Shown: positions 26,478 to 37,371 of the stretch, in pieces | Numbering within the stretch: position 1 is the stretch's first letter | Layout of the letters: each line of letters starts with the position of its first letter | Sequence record: DRR723986_1737 | Reading direction: 5' to 3' (one strand) | DNA length: 64,000 bases | Notes under the pieces: model-generated | Databases searched by the model: none | Told to the model about the DNA's origin: nothing | What the model saw: the letters and a program-made list of their open reading frames with translations, nothing else | Program-made: the position numbers and the translations under genes

Positions 26478-27149
26478 ATGTTGCGCCTGCTGTTGATTCT
26501 GTCTGTTTCTGTCCTGCTGACCGGCTGTGCCGGTTACGAGATCAAGAATGTCGCCAAGAGCGATATCGATCTCGTCGCCGACGAATTCATCCAGGAAACC
26601 CGCCGCCTGGTGCGTGAATTGACCATCAAACTCTACAAGCGCAACCCAGCCGAACTGCGTAAGAACCCGGGTGTCACCCTCGAATCACGCCTGGCACAGC
26701 TGGCCAGTGCACCCAGGGAGCTGAAATTCAGCGAGCTCGGGGGGCGGGAGGGCATTGATGCTCTTGAGCTGGTTTTCGATGAGGGCTTCCGCGGTGACCG
26801 GGTATTCGCCCTGGTGGCCGGTCTGGGCGGAATGCTGCGCCAGGCCTATGGTTACAATCCTGAGATGTTCCTGTTTGACCAACTTAATGACGAGGCTTTA
26901 TTGACCAGCGCCGGCAATGTCGAGGTGCTGGTGTGGCGGCTCAAGAACAGCCGCCGGCCTGACGGCTCACCCTATCTGGTGACCAGCGAATACCAGGGCG
27001 TAATTGATAACCTCAGCTTCGAACGGCTGTTCGGCAAGATTATCATCCTGCAGGAAATGATGGCTCGTATCGCCGGTGACGCAGATGACCGGGCCGTGAC
27101 CAAGGCCCTGCATACGGCGTCGTCGGTATTTATCCCGCTGCCGATCTAG
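26478..27149 (+). CDS. Lipoprotein of unknown function
   Basis: MLRLLLILSVSVLLTGC lipobox. Confidence 0.75.
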   Translation: MLRLLLILSVSVLLTGCAGYEIKNVAKSDIDLVADEFIQETRRLVRELTIKLYKRNPAELRKNPGVTLESRLAQLASAPRELKFSELGGREGIDALELVFDEGFRGDRVFALVAGLGGMLRQAYGYNPEMFLFDQLNDEALLTSAGNVEVLVWRLKNSRRPDGSPYLVTSEYQGVIDNLSFERLFGKIIILQEMMARIAGDADDRAVTKALHTASSVFIPLPI

Positions 27150-27191
27150 CTATTTTTTTGTTGCTGCTGTCCGAGCGCCAGCTACCGGCAA

Positions 27192-27608
27192 TTACTTGCC
27201 CCGCATCAATTTGGCAACCGAGTGGGTGGTCGCGGTCAGCAGGCCGCTCTCGTCATACAGAGCGCCGTCGAGAAAGGCCGTTTTGTAGGCCGCCTTACTG
27301 ATTTTTCCTACAGCCAGTAAGCGGCCGGCCCTGGTCACATCCAGATAACGGGTGGCGATCTCCAGTGACGCAACGTTGACGATATTCTCTTCCAGGGCGA
27401 ACACGGCGTGGCTCATCGCCGCGTCGAGCATGGCGGTAATGAACCCGCCCTGTACGATGTCTACCGAGTGGCAGAAGTCCCGGCTGATATTGAATTCGAA
27501 GGTGCAGCTGCGCGCCGCGTGGTCAACTTCGATAATGCTGCCACCGAGCATGCTGATAAACCCCGGTGCGTTGCTGTTGAGCTGGTCAATATTGGCTTGC
27601 TGATTCAC
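27192..27608 (-). CDS. PaaI family hot-dog thioesterase
   Basis: IVQGGFITAMLDAAM motif, 138 aa. Confidence 0.88.
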   Translation of the reverse strand: MNQQANIDQLNSNAPGFISMLGGSIIEVDHAARSCTFEFNISRDFCHSVDIVQGGFITAMLDAAMSHAVFALEENIVNVASLEIATRYLDVTRAGRLLAVGKISKAAYKTAFLDGALYDESGLLTATTHSVAKLMRGK

Positions 27609-27670
27609 GTTTGCACATCTTCCTGTGTCGATAGTTTGCTGGGTGGCGGTCTGGCCGCCGATTACTGCTG

Positions 27671-28090
27671 TCAGTCGTGGCGATCGACTTTGCCTCGCAG
27701 TTTCTTTATCGCGCCGCGATTGGTTTTCTCATCGACCCTTCGGGTTTTCGCCCGTTTGCTCGGCCGGGTGGGCAAGCGTTTCGCCTGCACCTTGCCGGCA
27801 CTTGCGATCAAGTCGGCCAGTCGCTGCAGCGCGTCCTCGCGGTTTTTCTCCTGGGTGCGGAATCGTTGCGCCTTGATCACGATGACGCCAGCGCTGCTGA
27901 TTCGCCGGTCCTTCATTTCCAGCAGGCGCTGCTTGTAGAATTCCGGCAGTGAGGAAGCACCAATATCAAAACGCAGGTGGATCGCCGACGACACCTTGTT
28001 GACATTCTGCCCGCCAGCGCCCTGGGCGCGAATTGCCTGGAACTGTAGCTCCTCAGCGGGAATCGAGACCGAACTGGATATCCTTAGCAT
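27671..28090 (-). CDS. arfB: Alternative ribosome-rescue peptidyl-tRNA hydrolase
   Basis: GAGGQNVNK GGQ motif, basic C-terminal tail. Confidence 0.96.
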   Translation of the reverse strand: MLRISSSVSIPAEELQFQAIRAQGAGGQNVNKVSSAIHLRFDIGASSLPEFYKQRLLEMKDRRISSAGVIVIKAQRFRTQEKNREDALQRLADLIASAGKVQAKRLPTRPSKRAKTRRVDEKTNRGAIKKLRGKVDRHD

Positions 28091-28187
28091 CGCGCCAACG
28101 TCCGCGGCTGTTACCGGCAGGCGTGAGCTGAATGCCGCGGCGTCAACACGCTAACGGCAATCGCGTAAGTGCGTGCCGGGTTAGTCA

Positions 28188-29369
28188 TTACCGGTTACGA
28201 CCCAGGCGCTCGTGCGCGTCCACCCATTCATTGGTACGGGTCACCTTATCTACCCGCGTTGCAGCCCCGAGTGAAATCTCGCCGGCCACGGTCAGAGCGG
28301 CGGCAATCTCGGCGAGCTTGAGGGCTTTTCCGGCACCATAACAATCCATGATCTCCAGGCATTCGCGCTGGGTGGGCAGGGCGGTACCGCCGCCGTAGGT
28401 CGCCAGGATCAGGGCGGGCAGGGTAATAGAGAAATAGTAATCGCCGTCGCGGGTAACCTTGTTATAGACGGTGCACTGGTTGGATTCCCCGATGTTGGCA
28501 ATGTCCTGCCCGGTTGCCAGGTACAGGGCTGCCAGGCCATTGGCAGGGTGTGCCGCATTATTGGAAGAGCTGCTGAGGAACGCACTCATCGTACTGATGC
28601 CCTGGCCGTAATGCATCTGCTCCGGGGTGATGCGGAGGTTTTCGATCATCACCTTGCGGGGGATGGTCAGTTCCGCAGTCACCCGGCGCCCGCGCCCCTT
28701 CAGCATGTTAACCGAGGATGTTTTTTTCTCGGTATCGAAGTTGCCCGACAGCAAGTAGTGAGACAGCTTGGGATATTGCTCACGTATCCACTCGCAGGCC
28801 ACGAAGGTCGCACGGCTGGTCATGTTTTGGCCTGCCGCATCGCCGGTGCTGTAGTCGAAGCGAGAGAAGATCATGTTGTGTGCGTGGTAGTGCTCGATTT
28901 CGTTCAGTTTTCCGATAGACGTAGTGGTCTCCGCTACTGCCTTGATCTGCTCAAAATTTTCCACCAGCCAGAGTTCGAAGTCCCGGGCGTCCCGCGCGGT
29001 CTTGAACACGAATACCGGCGCGCGCTGCATCACTTCACCGGACACGGTAGTCAGTACGCCACCGCTCTCACGGATAACCTTCATGCCGCGATTGTAGCTG
29101 GCCAGCATGGTGCCTTCGACTGTCGCCATGGGAACGAAGAATTCGCCCTGGGCATGCTCGCCGTTTATCAGCAGCGGACCGGCGATGCCGATCGGGATCT
29201 GGGCGACGCCGAACATATTCTCGATGTTCCCCGACATCACCTCTGGCTCAAATGAGAATTTGGTTGTGTGATTGAGCTTCGCCGGGGTGATCTTTTCGAT
29301 AAATGCCTGGCGCTCGCGGATGATTTCCTGGCTGTAGTCGTCACTGGCGCGGGGTATTTTTGTGGTCAC
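28188..29369 (-). CDS. Hydroxymethylglutaryl-CoA reductase (class I-like)
   Basis: IENMFG, PMATVEG, TGDAAGQNM, SGNFDTEKK, ATGQD, GGGT, C-terminal HERLGR; GTG start at 29369 after GGAG. Confidence 0.88.
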   Translation of the reverse strand: MTTKIPRASDDYSQEIIRERQAFIEKITPAKLNHTTKFSFEPEVMSGNIENMFGVAQIPIGIAGPLLINGEHAQGEFFVPMATVEGTMLASYNRGMKVIRESGGVLTTVSGEVMQRAPVFVFKTARDARDFELWLVENFEQIKAVAETTTSIGKLNEIEHYHAHNMIFSRFDYSTGDAAGQNMTSRATFVACEWIREQYPKLSHYLLSGNFDTEKKTSSVNMLKGRGRRVTAELTIPRKVMIENLRITPEQMHYGQGISTMSAFLSSSSNNAAHPANGLAALYLATGQDIANIGESNQCTVYNKVTRDGDYYFSITLPALILATYGGGTALPTQRECLEIMDCYGAGKALKLAEIAAALTVAGEISLGAATRVDKVTRTNEWVDAHERLGRNR

Positions 29370-29504
29370 GGTTTGCTCCGGCGGTCTTTTGGGGTAGCTA
29401 AAGCTACGCAAGAGCCGCGTGCAGGTCAATTGCGGGGCGCCGCTGGACAGCGCGCTGGCAGCTCCCTAGAGTTACCGCTTCCCTGACGATCAAGGAAACC
29501 TTGC

Positions 29505-30401
29505 ATGCTCGCCTGGCTATTTTCAGCTTTCCTGCTGCTTGCAGCACTGCCGGTCCTCGCCGGATCCACGGCTGTACCCCCGGCATTAGACCCGGAGCGG
29601 GACCAGCTGGCCCCGCCTGCGGTGGTCGAGCTCTCCATCACCAGTGCCGGCCAGCGGATGCCCGGTCATATCTACCTTGCCAACGGGCCAGGACCGCACC
29701 CTACCGTTGTATTGCTGCATGGTTTTCCCGGCAATGAGAAAAATCTCGATATCGCACAGGCGCTGCGTCTCGCGGGCTTTAATGTCCTCTTCTTCCACTA
29801 CCGGGGCGCCTGGGGCGCGGAAGGTGACTACCGCATGACCCGTCTGCACGAGGACGTGGCTGCGGTATTGAATTTCCTGCGCACGCCGGAGACGGCGCAG
29901 AACCTGCGGGTGGATACGGCGCAGCTGTCGCTGTTGGGTCATTCACTCGGTGGCTTTACCGCGCTGGCCGCTGGCAGTCGCGATTCGGGACTGGTCTGTG
30001 TCGGGGCGATGGCGCCGGCTAACCTCGGGCTGTGGAAAGCAGGGCTGGCTTCCGACGACCCCAATACCAGGCGCCTGCTGGCCTATGCTGACAGCCTCTT
30101 TATGCTGGCGGCCTTTGACGGCGCGGTGATGCGCGAGGAATTGGCAAGTACGCCCATGGCGCAGCTGGATACCACGGGTTTCGGCCCAGGATTGCGGGGA
30201 AAATCCGTACTACTTGTGACTGGAGAGCAGGACGACGTGACGCCGGCGGCGCAGATGCACACGCCGCTGGTGAGAGCATACGCCGCGCAGCCCGACCTTC
30301 GCCTGCAACATCACCTGATAACGGGCGACCACTCCTTTTCGTGGAGCAGGATACGCCTGGCCAGCTTGATCATCGACTGGATGCGGCAGGACTGTCGCTA
30401 G
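29505..30401 (+). CDS. Exported alpha/beta-hydrolase (S9/esterase-like)
   Basis: Signal peptide, LHGFPG, GHSLGG, D and GDHSF. Confidence 0.88.
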   Translation: MLAWLFSAFLLLAALPVLAGSTAVPPALDPERDQLAPPAVVELSITSAGQRMPGHIYLANGPGPHPTVVLLHGFPGNEKNLDIAQALRLAGFNVLFFHYRGAWGAEGDYRMTRLHEDVAAVLNFLRTPETAQNLRVDTAQLSLLGHSLGGFTALAAGSRDSGLVCVGAMAPANLGLWKAGLASDDPNTRRLLAYADSLFMLAAFDGAVMREELASTPMAQLDTTGFGPGLRGKSVLLVTGEQDDVTPAAQMHTPLVRAYAAQPDLRLQHHLITGDHSFSWSRIRLASLIIDWMRQDCR

Positions 30402-30413
30402 TCAACTGCGCGT

Positions 30414-32960
30414 CTATGGTTGAGTTTTCGCCGCGGCCAGCAGGGCCCTGGCGCGGAACAGGGGGTCGGCTGCCTGTAGCAGTTTCATGCGGAGCTGCGG
30501 GTTGAAATCCGGCCGCGCCGCCAGAAAATCACGCACCGTTTGTTCGGCCTCTGCCGAATTGTGGTTGCGTAAAGTGGTGCTCACCCAGCCGCCGGGGAAA
30601 AAAATGTCGCCGGTACGCTGGATCTCCTCCAGCAGTTCCAGGCCAGGCTGAATATAGGCGATGGAGGTGTCACGGCGCAGCGGATGATGCAGGTTGGCCA
30701 GGGCGCTCAGGACCCAGTTTTCCGTCCCCCGTCGGGCCGGGTCTGCCAGCGAGTTGAAGAATGCATCGCGGGTCTTGCGCTCGGCGGCTACCGAGGCCGA
30801 CAGGAACTCCAGTTCACGTCGGGTGTCAGGATTGTCGATGCGTGCAAGCTGTTGCCCGATGATGTGATCAGCACGTGCAGGCAGCTTGATCGCCAGCTCC
30901 TGTGCCAGGCGGACGCGGTCTCTTTCCGATAGTTCGAGCCCGGCCAGCGTCTCGTTTCCCGACCACAGTTTATGTACCCGAGACAGACTGTCGGGGGTGG
31001 AGGCCAGCTCGGCGAGCGCCAGGAACAGCAGGCGTTGGGTGCCCGCCGACGCTGCACTGTGCAGTGCCTGCCACAGGCTGTTCTCAAGGCTCACAGCACT
31101 GGCTTCGCGAGCCGCAGCGGGGAGCAGGTTCCAGAACACCGGTCGCAATTGGGCCAGCATCAGGTCGATGAGTAACTGTTCCTGCTCCATCGCCAGCAGG
31201 CGCTGCAGCATTTCCAGGTATTCGTTTGGAGAGGGGCCATTGCCAGCCAGCAGGTTTTCATACAGGTTGATGAGTAGATTGCCTTTTTCCAGGGCGGACA
31301 GGCGTTGCCAGAGCGCCGTGTCTTCGGCCTGTGCCGGGAACAGGCCGTAGCCGCGCCCGTCGGCATTCACCAGCAGCGTCTGCTCGCCCACGGTGGCGGT
31401 CATCACTGCTGCCGCCTCGGCGCTGCTCACCAGCGGGATGGTGGTGCGCGTGTCGGCACCGTAGGCAGCGACCTCGAAGGCCTGTGGCCAGACTCTGTTA
31501 CCGCCTTCGGGATCGGATTGAGCCAGGACCCTGTCTCCCTCGCTGGTCGCGGCAAACGCAAACGCCGGACGCCCCGGGCTATGCACCCAGACGTCACTCC
31601 AGGCAGCCAGGTTTTGCTCGCTCAGGCCGTCGAGTATTGCGATCAGTTCGGGCCAGGTTGCGTTACCAAAGGCATGTTGCTTCAGGTACCGGCGCAGGCC
31701 ATCGCGGAAGGCGGCTTCACCCATCAGGCGCTCCAACTGGCGCATCATGATGGGGGCTTTGTCATAGATAATGGCGCCGTATAGCGACCCCGCCTCATTC
31801 AGGTTCGGCAGCTCCTGGCGAATGGCATTGGCCCCGGTTGTGCGGTCAACCCCATAGGCGCCGGGGTAGTGGTCTACCAGGAAACGCAAGTCGTGATCGA
31901 CATCGGGAAAGCCCGGGTTCACGATGCGGGCCGCCATGAAATTGGCGAAGACTTCCTTGGTCCACACATCGTCGAACCAACGCATGGTCACCAGGTTGCC
32001 GAACCAGGCGTGGGCCACCTCGTGGGCAATCAGGCTTGCCCGGTCGAGTAGCTCGGTCTGGGTGGCATTGGCATCCAGCAGCAGGGCGTCGGCCCGGTAC
32101 TGGATTGCGCCGACATGCTCCATGCCGCCGTAGGGGAATGCGGGAATCAGCACAAAATCCAGTTTCTGGAACGGGTAGGCAATGCCGGTGTAGTCCTCCA
32201 GCCAGGTGACGGCTGCTGCGTGAAGATCAAAGATTGCCGCCAGGTTGCGTTGCAGGCGGTCCGCGTCCGGTTCCCGGTGCAACAGGGTCATGCTGCGGCC
32301 CGCGCGCTCCTGGGTGACGCTGGCGAACCGGCCAGCGACAAAGGAGAACAGGTAGCTGGGTATCAATTCACTGGTCGCAAACTCGTAGCTGACGCTGTTA
32401 TCGGTAGCGGTTGTGGCGCTTATTGCGCCATTTGCCATGGCGCTCCAGCCTTTGGGTACAGTCAGCCTGAGTGAAAACCGGGCTTTGAGATCCGGCTGAT
32501 CGAACAGGGGGAAGAGGGTGCGCGCACGATCCGGCACCAGCAGGGTGAACAGATACTCCGGGTTGCGGTTTAGCGATGAGTCACCGGCCTCCAGTTCGAT
32601 ATCAATACGATTGGCCCCGGTGCGCAGCTCGCCCGGCGGAATAACCAGGTGTTCATGACGAAAACGGAACTGCGAATCCTGCCCGTTGACCCTTACTCGC
32701 TGGAGGTGCTCGCCGGACTCACGAAAATCCAGCTGCAGGGCCTGCGCGTTACTGGACAGCTGGAAGTCGATGCCGACGGTCGCGGGTATTGGCGCATCCA
32801 GGTCGGCGGGAATCGCGAAGGAGAGGGTGTAGTGAATATCCGAGATGATTGCCGCACGGTGCTCGGCCAGTTCCCTGCTCACTCCGGGCTCGACTGTCTC
32901 CTGTCCGGTCACTATCGGGGTAAGCAGCGCCATGAGCAGGCCGGCGATGACCCGGGTCAC
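30414..32960 (-). CDS. M1 family zinc aminopeptidase, exported
   Basis: Signal peptide, FDQPDLKA, GGMEH, HEVAH...E, IYDK. Confidence 0.93.
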   Translation of the reverse strand: MTRVIAGLLMALLTPIVTGQETVEPGVSRELAEHRAAIISDIHYTLSFAIPADLDAPIPATVGIDFQLSSNAQALQLDFRESGEHLQRVRVNGQDSQFRFRHEHLVIPPGELRTGANRIDIELEAGDSSLNRNPEYLFTLLVPDRARTLFPLFDQPDLKARFSLRLTVPKGWSAMANGAISATTATDNSVSYEFATSELIPSYLFSFVAGRFASVTQERAGRSMTLLHREPDADRLQRNLAAIFDLHAAAVTWLEDYTGIAYPFQKLDFVLIPAFPYGGMEHVGAIQYRADALLLDANATQTELLDRASLIAHEVAHAWFGNLVTMRWFDDVWTKEVFANFMAARIVNPGFPDVDHDLRFLVDHYPGAYGVDRTTGANAIRQELPNLNEAGSLYGAIIYDKAPIMMRQLERLMGEAAFRDGLRRYLKQHAFGNATWPELIAILDGLSEQNLAAWSDVWVHSPGRPAFAFAATSEGDRVLAQSDPEGGNRVWPQAFEVAAYGADTRTTIPLVSSAEAAAVMTATVGEQTLLVNADGRGYGLFPAQAEDTALWQRLSALEKGNLLINLYENLLAGNGPSPNEYLEMLQRLLAMEQEQLLIDLMLAQLRPVFWNLLPAAAREASAVSLENSLWQALHSAASAGTQRLLFLALAELASTPDSLSRVHKLWSGNETLAGLELSERDRVRLAQELAIKLPARADHIIGQQLARIDNPDTRRELEFLSASVAAERKTRDAFFNSLADPARRGTENWVLSALANLHHPLRRDTSIAYIQPGLELLEEIQRTGDIFFPGGWVSTTLRNHNSAEAEQTVRDFLAARPDFNPQLRMKLLQAADPLFRARALLAAAKTQP

Positions 32961-33049
32961 GAAGCTGTCCGCAGCGGGGATGGCTCGCTGGGGAATCGCT
33001 GGCAGGGTGATTGGTAGTTCATCTCTGGCGCTCCTTGCGGCCTGCCGGC

Positions 33050-33726
33050 TTATTGTACCCAGCCGCCGCTGAAAGGGATGGACTGGCCGACAAAGAAGTC
33101 GCTTTCCCCGGAGGCAAGGAACAGTGCGAACAGGGCGTCTTCGCGCCCTGTGGCCAGCCTGCCGAGCGGGACCTGTTGGGCCAGACGCTGCTGGAAATCC
33201 TCCCGCGCGACGACCTGCGGCGGGTAGTACTCCGGGTTTTCCACCCAGTTCTGGGCGATCAGGTTCACCTGCACATTATGGTGAGCCGCTTCCAGGCCGA
33301 CGGTGCGCACGTAACCAACCTGGGCAGTACGCGCACTGCTGTAGCCGGTGTAGCCCTCCATGCCCTTGAGGCCGGTGGCGCTGCCGAATACCACGACCTT
33401 ACCCGCCTTGCGTTCGTACATTTGCGGAAGTACTGCGCTGCACAAGCGCTGCAGGGGGAACACCATGACCTCGTACAGGTGGCGGAAGGCATCCGGATCG
33501 GTATCTGGCGCCGCGCGATAGCGCCCGGCGGAGGCGGCAAGGTTAGCTACCAGCACGTCGATCCTGCCAGCCCGGGCTACCAGCGCTTCTACCGCCCCGG
33601 GTGCGGTGAGATCCGAGTCGTCGGCAATAATCTCCGCCCCGTGCTCCGTGAACAGGGCGATGGTATCGGGGCCCATGTAGTCGCTAGCCTGGGTTACCAG
33701 GACCCGTTTGCCTTGCAGTCGCTGTG

Positions 33727-33730
<4 letters not shown>
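33050..33730 (-). CDS. Halohydrin dehalogenase-like SDR-fold enzyme (HheD-like)
   Basis: TQASDYMG = T-x4-(F/Y)-x-G; S-x12-Y-x3-R ([18 protein letters not shown]); [12 protein letters not shown] loop. Confidence 0.85.
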
Positions 33731-35550
<1,820 letters not shown>

Positions 35551-35606
35551 GGGCCGGCAGTATACCGCAGGCGGGCAGGCTTGCCCGCCGTTCTATCCGG
35601 TGGCTA

Positions 35607-36572
35607 TCACGCCAGCGCCAGGCGAGCCCGGGCGGCGAGATACTCTGCTTCCAGGCGGTCAACAACATCCCCGGCACTGCCGATGGACTTCACCGCGCCA
35701 ATGCCCTGGCCACAGCCCCAGATGTCTTTCCAGGCCTTGGAATCACTGCTGCCGCCCGAGCCGAAATTCATTGCCGACGGATCGCTCTGGGGCAGGTTGT
35801 CCGGGTCCAGTCCCGCGGCCTCGATGGAGGGGCGCAGGTAGTTGCCGTGGACGCCGGTAAACAGGTTGCTGTAAACAATGTCGCTGGAGGCATTATCGAC
35901 GATGGCCTGCTTGTACGCCTGCTCGGCGTTGGCCTCCTCGGTGGCGATGAAGGCGGAGCCGATATACGCCAGATCGGCACCCATGGCTTGGGCGCCGAGC
36001 ACCGCATCGCCGGAGGCGATGGAACCAGACAGCAGCAGCGGGCCGTCAAACCATTCGCGGATCTCCTGGATCAGGGCAAACGGAGAGGTGGATCCCGCGT
36101 GACCACCGGCGCCGGCGGCGACCGCGATCAGGCCATCAGCCCCTTTTTCGATCGCCTTGTGGGCAAAGCGGTTGTTGATGATGTCGTGCAGCACGATGCC
36201 GCCATAGGAGTGGATAGCCTCGTTGACGAACTCCTTGGCACCCAGGGAGGTGATCACGATCGGCACCTTGTACTTTACGCACATCTCGATGTCGTGCTGT
36301 AGACGGTCGTTGGAGCCGTGCACGATCTGGTTGACGGCAAACGGTGCGGCGGGGCGCTCCGGATTGGCGGCGTTGTACTCTGCCAGCTCCGAGGTGATGC
36401 GTTGCAGCCAGACTTCAAGCTCCGCCGCCGGCCGCGCATTGAGCGCCGGGAAAGAGCCGACGACGCCGGCTTTGCACTGGGCAATGACCAGATCCGGGTT
36501 GGAGATAATGAACAGCGGGGCGCCGACCACAGGCAGGCGCAAGGTCTTGTCGAGTATCGGGGGTAGGGCCAC
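35607..36572 (-). CDS. Nitronate monooxygenase family flavoprotein
   Basis: PVVGAPLF, AGGHAG, YIGSAFIATEEA, WGCGQG. Confidence 0.92.
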   Translation of the reverse strand: MALPPILDKTLRLPVVGAPLFIISNPDLVIAQCKAGVVGSFPALNARPAAELEVWLQRITSELAEYNAANPERPAAPFAVNQIVHGSNDRLQHDIEMCVKYKVPIVITSLGAKEFVNEAIHSYGGIVLHDIINNRFAHKAIEKGADGLIAVAAGAGGHAGSTSPFALIQEIREWFDGPLLLSGSIASGDAVLGAQAMGADLAYIGSAFIATEEANAEQAYKQAIVDNASSDIVYSNLFTGVHGNYLRPSIEAAGLDPDNLPQSDPSAMNFGSGGSSDSKAWKDIWGCGQGIGAVKSIGSAGDVVDRLEAEYLAARARLALA

Positions 36573-36615
36573 GGGTAGCTCCTGTCACAGGTGTTGATGG
36601 TTGAAAACACTGGGG

Positions 36616-36660
36616 ATGCAATTTATTGCATATCAAGATTGGATGCAAGTATTTGCATAT
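36616..36660. promoter_or_regulatory. Two tandem palindromic operators ATGCAA-N4-TTGCAT(AT)
   Basis: ATGCAATTTATTGCAT (36616-36631) and ATGCAAGTATTTGCAT (36643-36658), 27 bp apart, in a divergent promoter region. Confidence 0.8.
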
Positions 36661-36714
36661 AATTTTCTCTCCGGGTTATCCTGCGCCGTCGAGCAACCAG
36701 TATGGGCCACCACT

Positions 36715-37275
36715 ATGGCACTGGCACACGCGATCATGACCGCCCTGATCGATGACGACCTGTCAGGGTATGAGCTGGCCAAGGCCTTTGATGTGTCCCT
36801 GGGCTTTTTCTGGCGCGCTTCTCACCAGCAGATCTACCAGGAACTGCGCAAGCTGTCGGACAAGGGTTTGCTGAACAAGCGCGAGGTCAACCAGAGCGGC
36901 AAACCCAACAAGATCGTGTACGGCCTCACCGGGGCTGGTCGCGAGGCACTGGCCGAGTGGGTGTTCAAGGACAGCCGGGTCCAGGAGGGCAAGGACGACC
37001 TGCTGATCAAGTTGTACAACCTGAGCGCTGAGAATGTCTCCCACGTGATGGCAGAGATTGAGCAGCGCCGATCCGCCATGATGGAGCGGCTGTACCTTTA
37101 CGAGCGAATCCGCCGTGGTCATTACGACACACCTGAGACACTTCCCCTGCGCCGCCGGGGGGTGTATCTGGCGCTGCTCGGTGGTATCCGCAACGGCGAG
37201 CAGTACCTGCAGTGGTGTGATGAAGCGCTGGACATGCTGGCCGACGTCAAGGACGGCGACACAGCCGGGGATTGA
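36715..37275 (+). CDS. PadR family transcriptional regulator, AphA-like
   Basis: MALAHAI...SGYEL...LGFFWRASHQQIYQEL..., C-terminal helical domain. Confidence 0.92.
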   Translation: MALAHAIMTALIDDDLSGYELAKAFDVSLGFFWRASHQQIYQELRKLSDKGLLNKREVNQSGKPNKIVYGLTGAGREALAEWVFKDSRVQEGKDDLLIKLYNLSAENVSHVMAEIEQRRSAMMERLYLYERIRRGHYDTPETLPLRRRGVYLALLGGIRNGEQYLQWCDEALDMLADVKDGDTAGD

Positions 37276-37371
37276 GCCCGGTCATAAACCGGCCGCAACC
37301 GAGCGCGTAGCGCCTCCGGGCCGGGCTGGTGCATAATGCGGCCACTGCTCGCGGCAAACTGTTGTTACCCG

